From: Terriglobia bacterium
Lineage (GTDB): Bacteria; Acidobacteriota; Terriglobia; 20CM-2-55-15
Length of the DNA stretch: 64,000 bases
Direction of reading: 5' to 3'
NCBI GenBank assembly: GCA_965198225.1
Contig: CBDAOY010000007.1
Location: 672,001 to 736,000 of the forward strand
Part shown: positions 50,459-58,677 of the stretch, in pieces
Layout of the letters: each line of letters starts with the position of its first letter
How positions within the stretch are numbered: position 1 is the first letter of the stretch
Notes under the pieces: model-generated
Told to the model about the DNA's origin: nothing
Database searches by the model: none
What the model saw: the letters and a program-made list of their open reading frames with translations, nothing else
Position numbers and translations under genes: made by a program

Positions 50459-51061
50459 ATGCCGCAGATTCGCACTTTCTACGATGAGCTTGGGATCGAT
50501 CGTGATGCCGGTCCGTCCGAGATCAAGCGTGCGTTCCGCGACGTTGCCAAGCAGTACCACCCCGACGTGAATCCTCCGGACAAGAAGGACTGGGCTCACG
50601 AACAGATGAGCCGCGTGAACTTCATCGCAGATACCCTCTTGAATTCCGAGACCCGGGCCGAATACGACGATCTTGTGTCAAAGTACGAACGCGGGTTCTT
50701 CCGCCGACCACGGCGGACCGCCCGGCAGGAATACGCGTTGCAGCGCGAATATGCCCGCGTGTCGGTGGAGATCATGAACCTGAGCGGCAAGTACTCCAAC
50801 TGCAGGCTCAAGATGGTGCTGGGCGGTTGCGTCAGCGGGTCTGCCATGCTGGTCCTGATCGTAATGTCGGTATTCTCGTCCGGAGCGTTCAGCCTCACTG
50901 TCGCGTTTGCCCGCTTCCTCGTCCTTGTTGGGCTCATCATGACCGGCATCGGCCTTTCGGATTACATGGCCCGGGGCCAGTACCGCCAGCAGATCCGGGA
51001 ACTGGAAATGCGCCGGTCGGATCTGCGCCGCCGTATGTATGAGGCGTGGACGATGTATTGA
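50459..51061 (+). CDS. J-domain membrane protein
   Basis: FYDELG...IKRAFR...YHPD; two C-terminal TM helices. Confidence 0.85.
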   Translation: MPQIRTFYDELGIDRDAGPSEIKRAFRDVAKQYHPDVNPPDKKDWAHEQMSRVNFIADTLLNSETRAEYDDLVSKYERGFFRRPRRTARQEYALQREYARVSVEIMNLSGKYSNCRLKMVLGGCVSGSAMLVLIVMSVFSSGAFSLTVAFARFLVLVGLIMTGIGLSDYMARGQYRQQIRELEMRRSDLRRRMYEAWTMY

Positions 51062-51066
51062 AGAGT

Positions 51067-51327
51067 CGTAGGCCGTTATCCGTAGGCTGTTGTCCGTTGG
51101 GGATCCGGAACGCAAGCCTCTCGGTCGGGGTGGGACTATTGCTTTCTCAGACTTTTCTGCTCAGCCAACACCCTTAGGGACGCAGATCGAAATCGATCTT
51201 GGATCCGAAACTGTTGCGCTCGGAGGGCGTCTCTCCTCCCACTAGGCTAGAACCTGGAAGGCTGGAGTTTGCTGTCGGTTGGGATCCCATCCCCTAACGG
51301 ACAACGGCCTACGGATAACGGCCTACG
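51067..51327. repeat. ~260-bp element bounded by 38-bp inverted arms built from CAACGGCCTACGGA units
   Basis: Arms at 51067-51104 and 51289-51327. The same unit occurs at 40311-40336. Confidence 0.8.
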
Positions 51328-51331
51328 TCCC

Positions 51332-52300
51332 CTACTCCGCCACGAACACGCTCTGCGCGAACGGCCACTCCCCGTCCACCCATTGCACATCGCAGCGGAA
51401 GCCCGACTTACGGCCGATCTCGACAACTTCCTCGAGGTTGAACTTGTGGCTGCTCTCGGTCCAGATCCTCTCGTCTTCCCCCAGGGTGATGGCCAAGCCT
51501 GCCCCGGGAATCGTGACCTTCTGGTTTCGTTTCGATCGCAGGTACATTTCGATCCGCCGCTCCGCTTGGTTGTACATGGCCAAGTGATCGAATTGTGCCA
51601 GCTCGAAATCCGCTCCCAGTTCGCGGTTCAGCCGTGCCAGGATGTTCAGGTTGAACGCGGCTGTGGCACCGATGGAGTCGTTGTAGGCCGCGAGAACGCG
51701 TTCGACGGGTTTCTCCAGATCGGTTCCCAGATACAGGATGTCTCCGGTCTTCAGAATCAGCCGGAGCTTGCGCAGAAAATCGATCGCCACCGGCCTTTCG
51801 AAGTTACCGATCGTACTCCCAAGGAACAGCAGGAGCATCTGAGCTCCGCCAGGCCGTCGCGCCGCAGCCTGGCCGAGACCCTCGATGTATCCGCATTCGA
51901 GCGTCTGGACCTCGACGCCCTCGAGCTGCTCAAGCTCGAGTTTGCAGCGCTCCAAAGCTGCAGCGGAAATGTCGATCGGAAGGTAGGTTACCGGTCCCCG
52001 CCTGGCGAGGGCCGACAGGATCCAACGCGTTTTCGTACCGCTTCCGCTACCGAGCTCCGAGACCAGTACTCTGGAGTCGAGTCGTTCGACGAGGTCGGGC
52101 GCATGACGTTCGAGCAGCCGTTCTCCGGCGCGGGTCAGGCCGTACTCGGGCAGCAACGTGATCACGTCGAAGAGAGCGGAGCCGATGGCATCGTAGAGGT
52201 ATTGGAAGTGCAGCTCTTTCTGGCCTTTCCGGCCGAGACCGCTTTGGACGTCTGCAATCAATCGGAGAGCTGCCTTCGCAGCCATGGGCCCAGTTGACAT
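51332..52300 (-). CDS. egtD: L-histidine N-alpha-methyltransferase
   Basis: YLYDAIGSALF...LPEY, ELGSGSGTKT, FLGSTIGNF, AYND..G.TAAFN, RIEM, TESSHKF. Confidence 0.9.
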   Translation of the reverse strand: MSTGPMAAKAALRLIADVQSGLGRKGQKELHFQYLYDAIGSALFDVITLLPEYGLTRAGERLLERHAPDLVERLDSRVLVSELGSGSGTKTRWILSALARRGPVTYLPIDISAAALERCKLELEQLEGVEVQTLECGYIEGLGQAAARRPGGAQMLLLFLGSTIGNFERPVAIDFLRKLRLILKTGDILYLGTDLEKPVERVLAAYNDSIGATAAFNLNILARLNRELGADFELAQFDHLAMYNQAERRIEMYLRSKRNQKVTIPGAGLAITLGEDERIWTESSHKFNLEEVVEIGRKSGFRCDVQWVDGEWPFAQSVFVAE

Positions 52301-52304
52301 CGTG

Positions 52305-53633
52305 TCATGCTTCGACGCAGCGAAACGTCGAGTAGATGTGGGGGTAGTGCGGCTGGAACCAGTTTCTGAAAGACCGACGCAGCATGCATGCGGCCGTCCT
52401 GGGTGATCCCCCTTTCATCACGAAATGCTTCCCGTCGAAGAAATCGGCGGAGTATCCGGGATAGAAAGGGAACCGCTCGAAGCCCTCGAAAGGTTCGAAC
52501 ACCGTCGATGTCCATTCCCAGCCGTTGCCCACCAGATCGGCCACCCCGAATGCGCTGTCACCGGCCGGATACGCGCCGACCGGCGTCGGGTTCCACCTGC
52601 AGAAATCGAAGTTTCCGTGTTTCTGCTCTGGCGGGGCCTCCCCCCAGGGGAATGCTCGCTCCTTCCCGTCCGGAGTTCCGTAGGCGGCGCGGTGGAGCTG
52701 GGCTTCGGTGGGCAGGGTCCGTCCGACCCAGCGGGAGTAGGCCGACGCCTCGGCGTGACTCACGTACACCGGCCACGAGGAGGGAAGGGGGCGTTCATCG
52801 AACATGTTGCACTGCTGCCACCCGTTTCCGTTCTGGCGCCAGAAACGGGGGTGCTGGATGTCCTCCCGCGTGACCCATTCCCATTCCGTATCGTCCCACA
52901 GCGATCGATCCTCATACCCACCCGCCTGTACGAATTCCATGAACTGACCGTTCGTGATGTTGTGGACGTCGACCGTGAAGCCCGGGACCTCCGTGAGTGT
53001 GAGGTCGAACTCGTTGTCCCATCCGAACGCCTTCTCGGGCTTCATTCCCAGGGTTGCCGTGCCGACTGGAATTTCGACCTGACGTGGCTCGACCTGCGGA
53101 TCGCTGCGCACGTTGCCGCGCTCCGGCTGTGGTCGTTTGCGATCAAGCGGAAGCTGGTGATACATGTATGCGAGAGTCTCGGCGTGCATGAGCCTGTGCT
53201 CGATCGCCACGTGAAAGATCAAGCCGTCCGAGAGGCCCTCGCCTGCGTCGTCGTCGAACCCTGTCGTGTCCAGGAGGCCGTCCACGGCTTCACGGACTCG
53301 GCGATTGTAAGAAGCGATCTGGGAAGGAAGCGGCCAATCCGACGGTGTGTCAGAGGGCAGGTCTCCGTCGACCGGATCGATTCCGAAGGCGAACACGTTG
53401 TCGAAGTACTCGTCGAACGGGTCCAGGCCGAAGGTTCTTCGCCCGATCAGGTTCCAATCGAAGGCCTCCAGATGTCCTAGGTAGAAGATGATCCGGTGCC
53501 GTTCCCGGATCGGGCGATCGTGTATAGCTGCGGGCGCCAGGAGATGGAACAGATGGTCGGTTTGAACGCGGGATTCCCGCAGCCGGTGAATCAGCGAGGC
53601 TCGGAGTCGGTCGTCCGTCCCGTTTGAGAGCAT
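52305..53633 (-). CDS. Non-heme iron sulfoxide synthase (EgtB/OvoA family: DinB plus FGE-like domain)
   Basis: RHRIIFYLGH, EHRLMHAET, FGWDNE, GNGWEWT, FYPGYS..FFD, FRNWF. Confidence 0.88.
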   Translation of the reverse strand: MLSNGTDDRLRASLIHRLRESRVQTDHLFHLLAPAAIHDRPIRERHRIIFYLGHLEAFDWNLIGRRTFGLDPFDEYFDNVFAFGIDPVDGDLPSDTPSDWPLPSQIASYNRRVREAVDGLLDTTGFDDDAGEGLSDGLIFHVAIEHRLMHAETLAYMYHQLPLDRKRPQPERGNVRSDPQVEPRQVEIPVGTATLGMKPEKAFGWDNEFDLTLTEVPGFTVDVHNITNGQFMEFVQAGGYEDRSLWDDTEWEWVTREDIQHPRFWRQNGNGWQQCNMFDERPLPSSWPVYVSHAEASAYSRWVGRTLPTEAQLHRAAYGTPDGKERAFPWGEAPPEQKHGNFDFCRWNPTPVGAYPAGDSAFGVADLVGNGWEWTSTVFEPFEGFERFPFYPGYSADFFDGKHFVMKGGSPRTAACMLRRSFRNWFQPHYPHIYSTFRCVEA

Positions 53634-53851
53634 CGATTCGTTGGTACTGCGGTTAATGCGTTCACTTCATGCTGCGACGATCCGCGTCCAGAGACGCTCG
53701 AACTGCGCTTTTGGATGCGGATATTCGGTCTCCGTCCCCGGACCCACCATCGTCAGGGTGGTCCTGTTTAACAGGTGGAAATGTTAAAGTCAACCGTCGA
53801 CCGGTCGGATCCCTCGCGCCGGTGGGTTCTAACTGCATGCGAGACAGTCAG

Positions 53852-54346
53852 ATGAGCTTGGCCATAGAAAAGATGCAACCGGAGGATTGGTCTCGGGTTC
53901 GAGAGATTTACACGGAGGGCATCGAAAGTGGAGATGCAACTTTCGAGACCGAAGCGCCGCACTGGGACGCCTGGGACACTGCGCACCGAGAAGATTGCCG
54001 CTTCGTGGCGCGATCTGGGGGCCGCGTCATGGGCTGGGCGGCCCTCAGCCCTGTATCGGATCGATGTGTGTACGGCGGAGTGGCCGAAGTCAGCGTCTAC
54101 GCAGCCCGACTTGGGGCGGGCCGTGGTGTTGGCACGGCATTGCTGGAGGCGTTGATTCGGGAATCGGAGCAACTGGGTCTGTGGACACTCCAGGCAGGCA
54201 TTTTCCCCGAGAACGAAGCCAGCCTGCGACTACACGAGAAACTGGGTTTCCGTCGAATCGGTCATCGTGAGCGCCTCGGCCAGATGAAAGGTGTCTGGCG
54301 CGACGTAGTCCTGATGGAGCGGCGCAGCAAGGCCGTCGGGGTTTGA
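53852..54346 (+). CDS. GNAT acetyltransferase (Pat/MddA-like)
   Basis: ATFET, VYGGVAEVSVY, GRGVGTALL, NEASLRLHEKLGF, WRDV. Confidence 0.88.
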   Translation: MSLAIEKMQPEDWSRVREIYTEGIESGDATFETEAPHWDAWDTAHREDCRFVARSGGRVMGWAALSPVSDRCVYGGVAEVSVYAARLGAGRGVGTALLEALIRESEQLGLWTLQAGIFPENEASLRLHEKLGFRRIGHRERLGQMKGVWRDVVLMERRSKAVGV

Positions 54347-54412
54347 TCTTTCTTGTCCAAAACAGCTTTGGGAGGGCCGGCGTTTTTTGGAGACCCGTGT
54401 CCCAATGGAGAT

Positions 54413-54715
54413 GTAGGTGCGGTCTATGAGTCTGTGACCGCACCCTCTTCGAACCAATGAGAAATGCAGCAATTTCCAATCTCCAACTTCCAGTGCGGAT
54501 TTGTGCATTAACAAATCTGCGATTAGACGGAACTCTCTTCTGTGCGATCGCAAATTGCGATATTTGAAAGAATCCACATTGCAGGTTGCTCATTGCAAAT
54601 TTGAGGTTTGAAATCCGTCGCGGTTTGGTCCCCTTCCCTCACGACAGTGTAGGTGCGGTCTATCACCCGCACAGTCTTCGAGCCGAAACGATGTGCGCTC
54701 ATAGAGCGCACCTAC
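54413..54715. repeat. Repeat mosaic: three GTAG-REP family B copies plus the AT-rich 80-bp repeat
   Basis: REPs at 54413-54443, 54649-54672 and 54693-54715; 80-bp repeat at 54454-54533. Confidence 0.85.
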
Positions 54716-54734
54716 GCCCCTCGTCTGATCGGTC

Positions 54735-55376
54735 CTAACACTCCTCGTGGCACTGTTCGCCCCGAATACCCTCCAGGCCTTCCCGGATGAGCCAGGGGAC
54801 CATGATGAGAGCGGCCGCGGGGTCCGCCCACCACCAGCCCGCGAGGGAGTTGGCAGCGAGCCCGGTCAAGAGCGCCAGCGAGAGGTAGGAGCACGCGAGC
54901 GTTTCCTTCGCTTCGGCCGACAGAGCAGCGCTTCCGATTGCGCGTGCGGCCCGGATCTTTCCCCAGGCGATCAGGGGCATGATCATCAGGGAAAAGGCCG
55001 CCAGAATGATTCCGACGGTGCTTTCCTCGGGAGGGCGGCGTGAGAGCAGAATCCAGAAGGCCTGGAGAGTCACGTAGGCGGCCAACAGGACGAACGTGAT
55101 GCCCACGAAGCGGTGCACCGAGCGCTCGGTTTGTTCGATCACCTCCGGCTCGGCTCCTCGGGCTTCCACCCTCAATCGCCACAGCAGCAATGAGGCCGCC
55201 GCGCATTCGATCACACTGTCCAGCCCGAACCCCATCAGCGCTATGCTTCCGGCAACGTAGCCCGACCAGAGCGCCACGGCGGCCTCGATCAGGTTGTAGC
55301 CGATCGTCGCCACAACCAGGCGAGTCGCGAGCTTGGTCCAATCAGTCCGTGAGGGGCCGACGTCGACGTTCATCAC
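54735..55376 (-). CDS. Cation diffusion facilitator-like transporter (TM domain only)
   Basis: SIALMGFGLDSVIE, WWWADP; C-terminal CHEEC. Confidence 0.82.
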   Translation of the reverse strand: MMNVDVGPSRTDWTKLATRLVVATIGYNLIEAAVALWSGYVAGSIALMGFGLDSVIECAAASLLLWRLRVEARGAEPEVIEQTERSVHRFVGITFVLLAAYVTLQAFWILLSRRPPEESTVGIILAAFSLMIMPLIAWGKIRAARAIGSAALSAEAKETLACSYLSLALLTGLAANSLAGWWWADPAAALIMVPWLIREGLEGIRGEQCHEEC

Positions 55377-55406
55377 GTTTTCAGCAGTGCGGTACGGGGT
55401 ATCCGA

Positions 55407-55556
55407 GCCACGGATTGCGCGGACAAATCAAGCCACGGATTGCACGGATTCAACGGATTAAGAGTGGTCTTTCGGACAGCAGTCCACCGGTTTTTCCTAT
55501 CCGTGTAATCTGTGTAATCCGTGGCGTATCTCCGTCGAATCTGTGTAATCCGTGGC
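55407..55556. repeat. 9-mer periodic repeats (CACGGATTn) arranged as inverted arms
   Basis: GCCACGGATTGCACGGATTCAACGGATT facing TCCGTGTAATCTGTGTAATCCGTGGC. Confidence 0.75.
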
Positions 55557-55572
55557 TCTCACCGGAAGGTCA

Positions 55573-58008
55573 TCAGTTCCGCCGGTCTCCCGCCGGCTGT
55601 GCGTCCTTTACGAACCGCTCGAACCACGACATCATTTCATAGAGCGTGTGTTCGACCGACTCCTTCGCTGCGTAACCGTGGGATTCGTTCGGCAGTGTGA
55701 CGAGTCGAGCCGTTGCGCCGTGTCCCGTCAGGGCGTGATACATCCGGTCCGACTGGACGGGGAAGGTGCCGGAGTTGTTGTCCGCCTCTCCGTGCGTCAG
55801 CAGGATCGGCTCGTTGACCTTGTCGGAGTGCATGAAGGGTGAGACCTTGAAGTACAGCTCCGGAGCTTCCCAGAACGTCCGCTGTTCGCTCTGGAACCCG
55901 AAAGGAGTCAGCGTGCGGTTGTAGGCTCCGCTGCGAGCGATGCCGGCCCGAAACAGGTCGGAGTGCGCGAGCAGGTTCGCCGTCATGAAAGCTCCGTACG
56001 AGTGTCCGCCCACCCCGACGCGATTGCCGTCGGTGACTCCCAGCTCCACGGCCTTGTCGATCGCCGCCCTCGCGCTCATCACGATCTGATCGACCATCGT
56101 GTCGTTGACGGTCATGGGGTCGCCGATCACGGGCATGGTCGCGCCGTCCAGGAGCGCGTAGCCGTTGAGGACGAAAAAGAGCTGCGACGCTCCACGGATC
56201 GTCGTGAAGCGCTCGGTCGATCCAGAAACCTGGCCTGCTGTGGACGGATCGTTGTACTCCCGCGGATACGCCCAGACCACGGTCGGCAGACGGGTACCCT
56301 CTTCGTAGTCTGCGGGCAGATAGAGGGTAAAAGAGAGATCCACGCCGTCTTCGCGCTCGTACTTGATGAGTCGTTTCGAGATCCCACGGAGCTGCGGCGT
56401 GGGATCGGCGAAGGCGGTCAACCCGGCGATGCTGCCCCCTCCGGACAAATCCCGGATGCGGTAGTTCGGGGGCTCCGTCTTGGTCTCACGTCGCGTGACC
56501 CATCGGTCGCCGGAATCGCCGAGCGGGCTCACAATGGCTTCGTAGGTCCCGGTCTCGGCCCTGAAGAGGCGCTCCGAGGCGAGTGTCGCAAGGTTCAGGC
56601 GATCCAGGAATGGGTAGTCGCCGTTGGGTGAGGAGCCGTTGCCGGCGAGATAGATCCAGTCGCCGTTCTGCATCACGGCACGGTGGCCGTTGGGCAGGGT
56701 CGCGGAAACAGGCCGCCCCGGATCGTTGTAGCGGTCCTGCGCGCTCATGTCCCAGATGAGCTTTGGGTCGGCATCCGAAGCGACCAGGAACGTTCGGTTC
56801 CACCGCCGGATGCGATCGAACTCGGTAATCAACGCCCGTCCGTCGGCGAGCCATTGCAGTCCGCGGTTCCGTTCTTCGGTCCGGAAGATCTCCCGCGGCG
56901 CCTGATCGAACGGCGCGGCGAGCGCCATCAGCTTGTCGCGGTGTTCGACTTCGGCGGCGGGGTCTCCACCGTCCAGAGCTTCCGCCCAAGTCAGCGTTGC
57001 TGGTTCGGTCGGGATCCAGCCATAGCTTCGGGGATCGGTCGGTACGCCCCCGATCGGCACGTTCTCCTGCAGCGAGATCCTCGCGACAGTGTGCTCGACG
57101 ACGGCCGAACGATCCCAGATCTCAACCATTCGTGGGAACGAACTGTGCCTGAACAGGTAGGAGTAGGGCTTCTGCAGGCGGACGACGAGGAGGTGGTTGC
57201 CGTCAGGGGAGATCGACAGCGACTGGAAGAGTCCGGGCTCGCCGAAGTTCGTCACCCGGTCGTTTGCAGTGTCCACCAACGCGAGTTGAGCCGTGGCGTG
57301 GTAGTCGAACAGGGCGATATCGTGCGGCGTTTCCAGCAGATCCTGGTATGTCCGAACCGGTCCGGACCGTCCGGAGGTTTCCTGGACATTTGGTCCGACA
57401 GGTACGGTGGGTGCCTGGGGCGGTTCACCCCGGCCCGCCGGAAGTCGCTGGATCAGAAGCGTTCGGCTGTCGGGCATCCATCGGATCGCGGTGCCGTACG
57501 CCGCGTTGAGTACGACGCCGTCGATCCTGTGTGCGCTGCCGCCCACGCCGCCGACCCACAGATCGATACCTGAGTCCCGGGTGTTCGTGAACGCGAACCT
57601 TTGGCCGTCGGGACTCCACTGGGGAGAACCCAGCTGTGCCTCGAGCGGCAGGTCGATCTGCATCTCGTTCCCGTCCGGCATCGCCTTCAACGCGTATCCG
57701 ATCGAGTAGCGGGGTCGGCTGGGTCCGTTGGTCAGCGGGTCGATACGCAGCCCGGCGATCCGTAGCATCGGTTGGGAGAAATCCTCGATCGACGGGTATC
57801 CCGGCGGCTGGGAGAGAATCATGTGGCTTCCGCCCGGATTGATACTCACCTGGGGCGTCGGCAGGGCGTCCAGGACGTCCTGGATTGCCTGTGGCGGTTT
57901 CCTGTAAGGCTCCTGGCCGGCCCCTGCAGTGGCCGACGCCAGCAGCAGGGCCGTCACTACGGCGGCCGTCGGGAGCCCCCGAGGGAAGTCGAAAGATCGT
58001 GTTTTCAT
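55573..58008 (-). CDS. S9 family serine peptidase (glutamyl endopeptidase-like), secreted
   Basis: Beta-propeller plus GGHSYGAFM, HGEADNNSG, ESHGY. Start is 58008 or 58086. Confidence 0.92.
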   Translation of the reverse strand: MKTRSFDFPRGLPTAAVVTALLLASATAGAGQEPYRKPPQAIQDVLDALPTPQVSINPGGSHMILSQPPGYPSIEDFSQPMLRIAGLRIDPLTNGPSRPRYSIGYALKAMPDGNEMQIDLPLEAQLGSPQWSPDGQRFAFTNTRDSGIDLWVGGVGGSAHRIDGVVLNAAYGTAIRWMPDSRTLLIQRLPAGRGEPPQAPTVPVGPNVQETSGRSGPVRTYQDLLETPHDIALFDYHATAQLALVDTANDRVTNFGEPGLFQSLSISPDGNHLLVVRLQKPYSYLFRHSSFPRMVEIWDRSAVVEHTVARISLQENVPIGGVPTDPRSYGWIPTEPATLTWAEALDGGDPAAEVEHRDKLMALAAPFDQAPREIFRTEERNRGLQWLADGRALITEFDRIRRWNRTFLVASDADPKLIWDMSAQDRYNDPGRPVSATLPNGHRAVMQNGDWIYLAGNGSSPNGDYPFLDRLNLATLASERLFRAETGTYEAIVSPLGDSGDRWVTRRETKTEPPNYRIRDLSGGGSIAGLTAFADPTPQLRGISKRLIKYEREDGVDLSFTLYLPADYEEGTRLPTVVWAYPREYNDPSTAGQVSGSTERFTTIRGASQLFFVLNGYALLDGATMPVIGDPMTVNDTMVDQIVMSARAAIDKAVELGVTDGNRVGVGGHSYGAFMTANLLAHSDLFRAGIARSGAYNRTLTPFGFQSEQRTFWEAPELYFKVSPFMHSDKVNEPILLTHGEADNNSGTFPVQSDRMYHALTGHGATARLVTLPNESHGYAAKESVEHTLYEMMSWFERFVKDAQPAGDRRN

Positions 58009-58094
58009 GACCGTGGTCTCCTCTTCGCCGAAAGTTGGATCAGGCTTCTGTCGGGATCTGGCGATTTTAGTACCCGAGTGCGCCATTTCGAAAG

Positions 58095-58553
58095 CTATTC
58101 CTCACTGATGTCGGCGGAGTACTCCAACTCGATTCCGCGTTTGACGCTGAGAGCTGCGGGACAGGCACTTTCGACGATGTCGATCAATTTCCGGGCATCT
58201 TCCTCTCGTCCCCGGGGCACTTTGATGTTGTAATTGACCCGGATTCGCGTGACGACCATCCTGCCGTCAACTTCTTCGATGTCTCCTTCGACGTCGGAGT
58301 GCAGTTTCTCGGGGTATGATGGGATTCCTCGTGCTTCCAGGGCGCCGCCCAGGGTGCCGGTCAGTCAACCGGCGACGGCGGCCACGAGGTAATCGAGAGT
58401 TGCGGGGATGTCTTCGTCGGGTTCCAGCTTGTAGAAGTGCTTGATGCCTCCGTGGACGCCGAAACGCACGGGTTCGGGGAAGTCTTCGATGTATGCGAGC
58501 CGCAGCGGCCGCTTATCCTGGTAGATCTTAACCTTCGAGGTGTGCACTAACAT
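58095..58553 (-). CDS. OsmC-like protein, 152 aa, probable selenoprotein (UGA at codon 63)
   Basis: GGAGGAGG RBS; ...DYLVAAVAG-UGA-LTGTLGGALEARGI...ESACPAALSV...ISEE-TAG. Frame stays open 89 codons past the UGA. Confidence 0.85.
58336..58364 (-). promoter_or_regulatory. Candidate bacterial SECIS element
   Basis: After the UGA: CUGACCGGCAC-CCU-GGGC-GGC-GCCC-UGG. The G-initiated apical loop lies 18 nt from the UGA. Confidence 0.55.
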
Positions 58554-58677
58554 GGTTCCTCCTCCAGAGAAGGGTTAACGTAAAACTATCCTATAATTTA
58601 GATCGGTTGTTTCTACACAAGATAATCCGTTGTTCCGATCCCATGACGGGGGACGCTGCCACAGGAGGTGTTGCTGC

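Noticed and set aside
53727-53742. GGTCTCCGTCCC shared with the GS paralogue leader at 17126
   Set aside because: A 12-bp match is expected by chance many times in 64 kb of GC-rich DNA, and the flanks are unrelated.
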